NCBI GenBank assembly: GCA_903912445.1
Contig: CAIWHP010000110.1
Location: 15,612-79,611, forward strand
From: an uncultured Lentisphaerota bacterium
GTDB taxonomy: Bacteria; Verrucomicrobiota; Kiritimatiellia; CAIQIC01
Reading direction: 5' to 3'
DNA: 64,000 bases
Part shown: positions 26,450-33,336 of the stretch, piece after piece
Numbering within the stretch: position 1 is the first letter of the stretch
Layout of the letters: each line of letters starts with the position of its first letter
Program-made: the position numbers and the translations under genes
Notes under the pieces: model-generated
Seen by the model: the letters and a program-made list of their open reading frames with translations, nothing else
Told to the model about the DNA's origin: nothing
Databases searched by the model: none

Positions 26450-27181
26450 ATGAAACCACCGCCGCAGCTCGATGTGCTCTTTGAGGACGAGGTCCTCCTC
26501 GCCCTGAACAAGCCCGCGGGCCTGCTTAGCGCGCCCGATCCCAGGGAAAAAGATAGCGACAGCCTGTTACAGCGGATGCAGGCCCGGAACTATGCCGACT
26601 TCCACCAGATCCACCACCTCGACAGGGACACCAGCGGCATCGTGCTCTGCGCCAAGCAGCCCGACGCGTGGAAGCGGCTGTTCGGCTGGTTCGCCAGCCC
26701 CAAGATTGTCCGGCGCTACCTCTGCCTGACACGCGGGATTCCCGCGGAGACGGCGTTCACGCTGGAGCTCCCGCTCGCGCCCAACCCCCAGCGGCACGGC
26801 CGCATGATGGTGGCCAAGCACGGCCGCACCGCGCGCGCGGTGTTCCAGATCCTGGAGATCTTCCGGAATTACGCCTTGGTCGAGGCCCGCCCCGAAACCG
26901 GCCGCCACCACCAGATCCGCGTCCTGCTCGCCTCCAAGGGCACCCCGCTGGTCGCCGACCCCTTCTATGGCGACGGCAAGCCGCTGCTGCTCTCGACGCT
27001 CAAGCGCAACTTCAAGATGCCGAGCGAAGGCGAGCGGCCGCTGATCGCCCGCGCCGCGCTGCACGCCGCCTCGCTCGAATTCCCGCACCCCGTGACCGGG
27101 GAGCCGATGAAAATCGAGGCGCCCCTCTCCAAGGACTTCGCCATCTCGCTCAAGCACCTCCGCAAATACGTCGGCCGCTGA
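26450..27181 (+). CDS. RluA-family pseudouridine synthase
   Basis: LLALNKPAGLLS, HHLDRDTSGIVLCAK, GRHHQIRVLLA, PLVADPFYG. Divergent from the methyltransferase gene. Confidence 0.85.
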   Translation: MKPPPQLDVLFEDEVLLALNKPAGLLSAPDPREKDSDSLLQRMQARNYADFHQIHHLDRDTSGIVLCAKQPDAWKRLFGWFASPKIVRRYLCLTRGIPAETAFTLELPLAPNPQRHGRMMVAKHGRTARAVFQILEIFRNYALVEARPETGRHHQIRVLLASKGTPLVADPFYGDGKPLLLSTLKRNFKMPSEGERPLIARAALHAASLEFPHPVTGEPMKIEAPLSKDFAISLKHLRKYVGR

Positions 27182-27481
27182 AGTCAGAGAGCAGAGGTCA
27201 GTAGTCAGCGGTCAGAGGTCAGCCGGCGGAAGAACTCCGCAGCCTCGAACAAACACGCACCTGTTGGAATGTTTCCGCCCCACGGACGCGCGCGCTGCCC
27301 AGAAAAGGATTCGCGTGCCTGGCGGCCTTTGCGCAAACTTTCTCCGCCGCCTGCGCAGGCTCAATGGCCCGCATGGACTTCATGGACAGCCGGTCCGTCC
27401 AGCTTATCCATTTTGTCCCTCTGCCTGCTGGCCTTGCTCAACCCGCTGCTGAGGTCACTACGCGGCTTCGCTGTTCCGTTG

Positions 27482-27561
27482 TTCCAAACCCTTGGAAAAA
27501 ACGAGCTTTCCTTTTCCAAGGTCTGGAAAAGAGGTCAGCTTGGTTTGGCGGCGGCGAAGCC
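27482..27561. repeat. Left copy of an ~80-bp direct repeat (palindrome pair plus orphan copy of the channel-gene 3' end)
   Basis: Aligns with 30847-30925 at about 70 of 79 positions by manual alignment. Ends with gtcagcttggtttggcggcggcgaagcc, which reads GFAAAKPS* on the minus strand. Confidence 0.75.
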
Positions 27562-27585
27562 CTCGGCATCGTCGGCGCCGCGCAG

Positions 27586-27876
27586 GTGAGCCCCGATCTG
27601 AGCGCCATCCAGCCGCAGTTCGATGTCTCGGTGAGCGGCACCCAGGTGAACGTTAACTGGGGCTGGCAGGGCCAGGGCCAGTTCCTCGACATGTGCGAGC
27701 TGCAAGTGGACCGCGGCCAGGGCTTCGTCCTGCTCGCCTTCGACACCACGCCCGGCTACAACGACACCACGCCCTTCCCCACCGCGCCCGCCAAGTGGAC
27801 CTACCGCGCCATCTTCCACGTCGGCGACGGCCGCGTCGGCCAGTGGAGCAACCCCGTCAGCGTCATGGTGGGTTGA
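27586..27876 (+). CDS. Small FN3/Ig-like hypothetical protein (start uncertain)
   Basis: High-GC ORF ending ...KWTYRAIFHVGDGRVGQWSNPVSVMVG. A GTG at 27586 is the first plausible start after the repeat; the ATG at 27364 would read through the repeat. Confidence 0.35.
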   Translation: MSPDLSAIQPQFDVSVSGTQVNVNWGWQGQGQFLDMCELQVDRGQGFVLLAFDTTPGYNDTTPFPTAPAKWTYRAIFHVGDGRVGQWSNPVSVMVG

Positions 27877-27895
27877 GAAGATAGGCCGTGCAATG

Positions 27896-27927
27896 CTGCG
27901 CCGCATAGTGTGTACTATGCGGCGCAG
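27896..27927 (+). terminator. Perfect 14-bp stem / 4-nt loop hairpin at the GC-content break
   Basis: ctgcgccgcatagt-gtgt-actatgcggcgcag. No U-tract follows, so terminator function is uncertain. Confidence 0.35.
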
Positions 27928-27967
27928 TAACTAAAGGATGTCGCTTAACAATAAAAGGGAACACGCA

Positions 27968-28414
27968 ATGCCAAAAACCGTAATTTTCGTCGGATCATCA
28001 CAAGAAGCGAAAACTCAGACGAAGGCTCTGACCACCGCACTGACTTCACCAACAATAGAATTCCTCCCTTGGTGGGAATGCTTTACGGCGGGACATCTTC
28101 TGCTTGATGACCTAGAGGCGGTAAGAACGAAGGCAACAGCAGCAATGTTCATTCTCACGCCTGATATCCCCGCGACCATGCGAGGGGTTTCCGTGGCACT
28201 ACCGAATCAAAACGTATTGTTTGAGGTTGGTTATTTTTTCAATGCGTTTGATCGAGCGCGAATTGCACTCGTTAAATATGGTGCGACAACAATTCCAAAA
28301 GATCTCGATGGATACACTCACATAAAAGGCAGCGATTATTTCAAACCGAGAGTTTCGACGGTAGTGGGAAAAAAGACGCGAGAAGCGTTCGACAAATGGA
28401 TTGTAAGTCTATAA
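27968..28414 (+). CDS. Stand-alone TIR-like nucleotide-binding domain protein (Cap12 / Pycsar-effector TIR-like type)
   Basis: KTVIFVGSSQEA...AAMFILTPDIPA...LPNQNVLFEVGYFFNAFDRARIALVKYG..IPKDLDGYTHI matches the remembered consensus (VFIVHG..., LLTPDD..., RQNVIFELGYFIG.LGR.RV..L, IPSD..G). The ATG at 27968 has AAGGGA 8 nt upstream; an alternative ATG lies at 27938. Low-GC codon usage. Confidence 0.6.
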   Translation: MPKTVIFVGSSQEAKTQTKALTTALTSPTIEFLPWWECFTAGHLLLDDLEAVRTKATAAMFILTPDIPATMRGVSVALPNQNVLFEVGYFFNAFDRARIALVKYGATTIPKDLDGYTHIKGSDYFKPRVSTVVGKKTREAFDKWIVSL

Positions 28415-28516
28415 CGAATCGACTGGCGCAATGGCCCGACCATGCATCAAGCTGGCGGGCCATTTTTCTGCAATCAGATCTTCGAACTGGCGGAACCATG
28501 CGGCAGGTTTGCAAGG

Positions 28517-29215
28517 TCACTTCTTTTTATAATCAGCAACAATGCCCAATTCCTGGACACGTTGAGAAGCGAGCAGTTCGAGGCGGCGCGCCTGTGTGAG
28601 CAAGGTGCGTCGTAGGCCGCGCGAAACATGCCGTTCACTTATCACTCGTGCAAGGCTGGCAATAGTTGTCGCGCGTCGCGCAAGGCGTACATCGGGATGT
28701 TTGCGCTGGTGGTAAATGGCCTTTGGAATAATGTTTTGTTTATAAGACTGTGGCAGCTGAATTTCACTTTTCGGCAACATTTCTTTCTCGTTTAGCACCG
28801 CGCCCAACGTCGACTCCCTTAGGACCTTCTGAAAAGCTGTGTATTCTGCACTGTCCAACACTGCTTTCTTTTCGCTCTTGCCCAGCCCACGGACGAGCTC
28901 ATCAAGGGGCCAAACCTCGATGAATGCTACCTCAAACGGATCAAGGACGTTCATAGCCACGGCATCGGTGCGCTGATTTGTCAGATGACGGCTAATCCGC
29001 CCACTTAATTTTTCCTTTGTTTGCCCAACATAGATGGGCTCGCCATCGTAGTCATAGAAAGCGTACACGCCATGCTGGTAACTTCCGATGCGGTTGCCCA
29101 GCGCGTCCTTAGTTGAAAAAAACTTTCGTATCTCGCCACGGATTGCTGCGATATCTTCCGGTAACCCCACGACTTTAGATTGCGCGAACAGTTCTTTTTT
29201 CTTCGGTGTCGTCAT
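28517..29215 (-). CDS. GIY-YIG family nuclease, putative type II restriction endonuclease (Eco29kI-like class)
   Basis: GVYAFYDYDGEPIYVGQT...GRISRHL...FIEVW (GIY-YIG core with Arg and Glu). Its start lies 41 nt inside the 3' end of the methyltransferase gene. Low GC. Confidence 0.7.
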   Translation of the reverse strand: MTTPKKKELFAQSKVVGLPEDIAAIRGEIRKFFSTKDALGNRIGSYQHGVYAFYDYDGEPIYVGQTKEKLSGRISRHLTNQRTDAVAMNVLDPFEVAFIEVWPLDELVRGLGKSEKKAVLDSAEYTAFQKVLRESTLGAVLNEKEMLPKSEIQLPQSYKQNIIPKAIYHQRKHPDVRLARRATTIASLARVISERHVSRGLRRTLLTQARRLELLASQRVQELGIVADYKKK

Positions 29216-30329
29216 TCGTGTATAGCTCCTTCCAAACTGGGGTCAGATAATTTTCCGCAATCCAGCGTATTACAGGAACGCAGACCGCATCTCCAAAACC
29301 AAACAGAGCCTGGTTGATCGGGACAGTGATGCGAAAATCATCGGCACCCATCAGTCTCGCACACTCCCGGGGAGTGAGAAGCCGTACTGCATAGCGGCCT
29401 TTTCCGGCCGCAAAAAGTATCTGCCGCCCGCTCCCGCCACGTGGTGTTCGCAGACATCCGGCAATGCCATCGGTCCTTAACTCTGCCATGGAGCGAGAAT
29501 ATCGAACCCGGCGAAATACTGTGCCATATGTAATTTTTTTCCCGGAAATCATTTTGTCTGCGATTTTGCGGTGGCGCTCGCTCATTTGATTTAAAAGATA
29601 CTCTGCGCGCTCTTTGCTCCACCAAAACTCTGAACTCGAAGGAAGATCTTCGAGAATGCTACGCAGGTTAATATCTTTCTTCGCAATGCCCGGCAAATTG
29701 CGAATGGACCAGCGAATAAAGGGGTTTGAGAAAATAAAATCAGCTAGCGCAGGCGGGCGACACTGGCTCCCATAAAATGCTGAAGTTTCGCCGATTTTAT
29801 TGGCCTCAGTCTTTTCCTGTTTTCCAATCAGAAAGAGACGCTGCCGACTCTGCGGCACAAACAGACCGGCATTAATAATGAAGGCATCCACCGCGTATCC
29901 AAGATCATTAAGAGCCAAACACGCATCCCGGAAGTCTTGGCCCCCATGAGAGCTCAAAAAGCCTGTAACATTTTCGAGCATGATGAGAGGCGGTTTCTTT
30001 GACCGCATTGACTTCATCGCCTTGATAAAACCCCAAAACGCACCAGAATTTTCGCCCACAAGTCCGCGCCGAGCACCAGCAAGTGATAGGTCATTGCAGG
30101 GAAACGATGCGGTCGCGAGAGCAACAGTTGGAATATCGCTAGATGTGAGCGCGTGTACGTCGCCCAAATGAAAATGAGCAGATTCGGAGCCGAAGTGCCC
30201 TTCGTACATCTTCATTTTCGACTCTTCGATGTCATTCGCCCAGACAACATTCCATCCGGCTTGCTCCAATCCCATTCGCATTAGGCCGATGCCTGCGAAA
30301 AACTCAGCCACTGTTCGCTCATTATTCAT
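29175..30329 (-). CDS. dcm: DNA (cytosine-5)-methyltransferase
   Basis: Motif I EFFAGIGL, motif IV SFPCNDLSLAG, motif VI ENV, motif VIII QSRQRLFLIG, LTPRECARLMG, motif X GDAVCVPV. Confidence 0.95.
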   Translation of the reverse strand: MNNERTVAEFFAGIGLMRMGLEQAGWNVVWANDIEESKMKMYEGHFGSESAHFHLGDVHALTSSDIPTVALATASFPCNDLSLAGARRGLVGENSGAFWGFIKAMKSMRSKKPPLIMLENVTGFLSSHGGQDFRDACLALNDLGYAVDAFIINAGLFVPQSRQRLFLIGKQEKTEANKIGETSAFYGSQCRPPALADFIFSNPFIRWSIRNLPGIAKKDINLRSILEDLPSSSEFWWSKERAEYLLNQMSERHRKIADKMISGKKITYGTVFRRVRYSRSMAELRTDGIAGCLRTPRGGSGRQILFAAGKGRYAVRLLTPRECARLMGADDFRITVPINQALFGFGDAVCVPVIRWIAENYLTPVWKELYTNDDTEEKRTVRAI

Positions 30330-30729
30330 GACTTTTCAGCGCTTTCTCAATGCGAGCAACCATCGAATTTTTGCGAACCGCATCTTCCCAAATCCTGATG
30401 ACATTCCAACCCTTTTCTCTAAGCATGCGTGAGACCAATTTGTCCCGAGCCACATTACGCGCGATCTTTCGCACCCAATAACGGCGGTTGGTGTGTGGCA
30501 TGCGACACTTTCGCGGATGGCCATGCCAGAAGATGCCATCGACAAAAATGGCCAGCCGTGCGGCAGGAAAAACGAAATCTGGTTTCCCGAAGAGCGGGTA
30601 GTTTCTGCGCCAGCCTGTCAGCCTTCTTTCACGGAAGACCCGCATCAGCCGCTGCTCCGTCGAGGCGTTTCCTTGCGATTTGATCCGCGCCATGATCCTC
30701 GACCGCTCTTTTGGGCTGCAAGTGTCCAT
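30322..30729 (-). CDS. vsr: Very short patch repair (T:G mismatch) endonuclease
   Basis: RSRIMARIKSQGNASTEQRL...GWRRNYPLFGKPDFVFPAARLAIFVDGIFWHGHP. 8-nt overlap with dcm. Confidence 0.9.
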   Translation of the reverse strand: MDTCSPKERSRIMARIKSQGNASTEQRLMRVFRERRLTGWRRNYPLFGKPDFVFPAARLAIFVDGIFWHGHPRKCRMPHTNRRYWVRKIARNVARDKLVSRMLREKGWNVIRIWEDAVRKNSMVARIEKALKSHE

Positions 30730-30846
30730 GAGGATATTTTAAGTCTTTTGGACCTTTTGACCAGCGGGGAAGCAGTGTCTCCTGCTTCATTCTTCACGAC
30801 AAGAATTGCAAGGAAAGGCTCACCGTGTGCTGTCGCCCGCGTGGAT

Positions 30847-30925
30847 TTCCAAGCCCTGGAAAAAACGGCCTTTTCTTTTCCAAGGTCTGGAAAACCCGTC
30901 AGCTTGATTTGGCGGCGGCGAAGCC
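30847..30925. repeat. Right copy of the ~80-bp direct repeat (overlaps the true 3' end of the channel gene)
   Basis: See 27482-27561. Contains GFAAAKSS* and the stop of the gene 30899..32494. Confidence 0.75.
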
Positions 30926-32494
30926 GAGGAGGCGCTTGAAGCGCTGGAGCAGGGTGTCGTGCTTGAGGGCGTTGGCCGAGGCGCCGTTCATGGCCTTGAG
31001 GCGGTCGTAGTTCTGCGCGTTCTGGGCGGCGCGGTCGGCGACGAGGCAGGCGAGCTTCTCCGGGATCTCCGGGCGCAGGCCGAGCAGGCGGGTGAAGGCT
31101 TCCGGCGAGATCTCCAGCAGTTCGGCCTCTTCCGGCACGGTCAGCGTCGCGGCGCGCGGCAGGCCGGTGACGAGGCTCAGCTCGCCGCAGAGCGCGCCGG
31201 TGGGCAGGTCGAACTCGGTCGGCGGCGTCGCGTCCTGGAACTCCACGCGTCCGTGGAGGCGGCCGCGGACGATCACGTAGCAGCTTTCGCCGGCGTCGCC
31301 CTGCCGGAAGACCGTTTCGCCGGCGGTGTAGCGGACGAAGCGCAGCAGGGGCGCGAGCTGCGTCAGGTCGCCCTCGGCCAGCAGCGGCTGGCCGGCGGCA
31401 TCCACAAACAGGTGGGCGACGAACGTGCTGCGCTGCAGTTCGCGGACGCGGCGCGCGGCTTCCGCGGGCGGCGTGGGCTGATGCTGCTGCCCGTTGACGA
31501 CGTGCATGAAATCGCACAGCAGCTTGTCGCTCATCGGGAACGGGATCTCGATGCCGTGGCGCTTGAACTGGTACCAGATGTGGCGGTTGACCTCGCCGCT
31601 GATGGGCGCACGGTTCTGATAGGCGTCGACCCAGATGCGCAGCTCATAGCCGATGCCGAAATCCTTGTAGGCGCACGGGAAGGCCCTGGGCGGAGGGTCG
31701 CGCAGGACGGCCGGCACGGCGGACGCCGCCGCGAGCAGGGCGGCGCTGACGTCGGCGGGCGCGGAGTCATAGCTGGCGTCCACAAAGAGCGAGTGGCGGC
31801 GGACGCTGTCCGGCCAGCTCATGTTGTGGATCGCGGCGGCGGCGATCATGCTGTTGGGCACGATGAGCGTGTGGCCGGCGGTGCTGCGCAGGTGCGTCTC
31901 GCGCCAGTTGGTCTGGAGGATCTCGCCCTCGGCTTCGCCCAGGCTGATCCATTCGCCGGGCCGCAGCGAGCGAGTGATGTGGATGGACATGCCGGCGAGC
32001 AGGTTGCCGAGCACGCCCTGCAGCGCGAAGCCGATGATCGCGGTGACCAGCGCGGTCGAGGTGAGCAACGGGGAGATGTTCACGCCCAAGTAGCGCAGGA
32101 CAACGAGCACGGCGGCGCCGAGCAGCAGGCCGCGGACGAGGTTGCGCAGCAGGCCCGGCAGCGGGAACGCGCGGCCGCGCAGCCGGAAGATCGCCGCGAG
32201 CAGCCCCTCGCAGAACGCGAGCACGGTGACGACCGCCCAGACGGCGAGCCAGATCTTGAGCAGCTGGTCGTTGCCGAGCGCGGAGAGCTGCGGGAGCTTG
32301 TCGGCGATCAAGCGGAGCACGCCGGCGAGCGCGAGCACGACCAGCGGCGTGGCCAGCGGCTCGAGCAGCGCGCCCAGCGGCGAGGCCATTTTCGCCGCGC
32401 GGCGGCGCAGGGGCAGGCCGACGAGCCAGCCGACGACGAGGAGGCCGGCGAGCGCGCCGATCTCGATGATGTGTTCGGTGATGCCCTTATCCAT
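30899..32494 (-). CDS. MscS-family mechanosensitive channel fused to a cyclic-nucleotide-binding domain
   Basis: TM helices, then the MscS beta domain (GNLLAGMSIHITRSLRPGEWISLG...GEILQTNWRETHLRS...LIVPNS). C-terminal cNMP-binding domain (GETVFRQGDAGESCYVIVRGRL...GELSLVTGLPRAATLTV). Internal ATG at 32494 (MDKGITEHIIEIG). Confidence 0.85.
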   Translation of the reverse strand: MDKGITEHIIEIGALAGLLVVGWLVGLPLRRRAAKMASPLGALLEPLATPLVVLALAGVLRLIADKLPQLSALGNDQLLKIWLAVWAVVTVLAFCEGLLAAIFRLRGRAFPLPGLLRNLVRGLLLGAAVLVVLRYLGVNISPLLTSTALVTAIIGFALQGVLGNLLAGMSIHITRSLRPGEWISLGEAEGEILQTNWRETHLRSTAGHTLIVPNSMIAAAAIHNMSWPDSVRRHSLFVDASYDSAPADVSAALLAAASAVPAVLRDPPPRAFPCAYKDFGIGYELRIWVDAYQNRAPISGEVNRHIWYQFKRHGIEIPFPMSDKLLCDFMHVVNGQQHQPTPPAEAARRVRELQRSTFVAHLFVDAAGQPLLAEGDLTQLAPLLRFVRYTAGETVFRQGDAGESCYVIVRGRLHGRVEFQDATPPTEFDLPTGALCGELSLVTGLPRAATLTVPEEAELLEISPEAFTRLLGLRPEIPEKLACLVADRAAQNAQNYDRLKAMNGASANALKHDTLLQRFKRLLGFAAAKSS

Positions 32495-33335
32495 TGAGTG
32501 TGACCTCCATGCCTGCCTGCGCCAGCGCCGCCCCGGACCACAGCCGCCGCGCGGCCCGCGCCACCTCGTCGAGCTGCGCATCGGGGCTCTGCGGCGCGTG
32601 GTGGGTGACCAGCAGCTCGCGCACGCCGGCCTGTTGCGCCACCTCGACATCGTCTTCCCACGCCGAGTGGCCCCAGCCTTTGAACTTGGCAATATTCGCG
32701 CGGCAAAACTGGCCATCCATTACGAGCAACTGTGCGGGCCGCGGCTGCGAGCAAAGCGCAAGGAAGTCGCGCTTCTCGGCCTCGGTGGAGCCGCGCCACT
32801 CCAGGTCCGTCGCGAAGACCACCGCCGCGCCGGTCGCCGGCTCGTCCACGCGATAGGCGTGGCAGCCTTCCGGGTGCTGCACCGCGCACCAGCGGATTTC
32901 CAGACCGTGGTGGCGGCGCACGGCGCCGGCGGCCGCGGGCAGCGTGGTGAGCTTCAGCCGCGCATGCAACTGGTCGAGCTGGATGGGCCAGAACGGCTTC
33001 GCGAGGATGCTACGCACGACCTCGCGCGGCTCGAAGGCCGCGCGGCGCGGCGCGGCGATCTCGACCGTCCAGGCTTTGTTGTAGAGCAAGGCAAACGACG
33101 GCAGGCCCATGATGTGGTCGAGGTGATAGTGCGTCATCAGGAGCAGCACCTCGGCCCCGGCCGCGCCCGCGGCCAGCCGCCCGCCGAGCGCGCGCAGGCC
33201 GGTGCCGGCATCGATGACGAGTTGCTCGCCGCCGCGGCCCTCGATCAGCACGGAAGTCGTCTCCCCGCCGTATTTCAGGAAGTCCGCCTGCGCGACCGGG
33301 CTCGTCCCGCGCACCCCGCCAAAGATGAATTTCAT
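32487..33335 (-). CDS. MBL-fold metallo-hydrolase (possible cyclic-nucleotide phosphodiesterase)
   Basis: LLLMTHYHLDHIMGL (HxHxDH). Overlaps the channel gene by 8 nt and lies 1 nt after the cyclase gene. Confidence 0.8.
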   Translation of the reverse strand: MKFIFGGVRGTSPVAQADFLKYGGETTSVLIEGRGGEQLVIDAGTGLRALGGRLAAGAAGAEVLLLMTHYHLDHIMGLPSFALLYNKAWTVEIAAPRRAAFEPREVVRSILAKPFWPIQLDQLHARLKLTTLPAAAGAVRRHHGLEIRWCAVQHPEGCHAYRVDEPATGAAVVFATDLEWRGSTEAEKRDFLALCSQPRPAQLLVMDGQFCRANIAKFKGWGHSAWEDDVEVAQQAGVRELLVTHHAPQSPDAQLDEVARAARRLWSGAALAQAGMEVTLNG

Positions 33336-33336
33336 C

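Noticed and set aside
28396-28599. A 67-aa ORF in the convergent gap between the TIR-like and GIY-YIG genes.
   Set aside because: It overlaps the ends of both flanking genes, has no RBS or motif, and has atypical composition. It is probably spurious.
30730-30846. Promoter -35/-10 assignment for the vsr-dcm-nuclease operon (a TAAAAT about 10 nt before the ATG).
   Set aside because: Several AT-rich hexamers fit loosely, and the organism's promoter consensus is unknown to me. I cannot support a specific call without TSS data.
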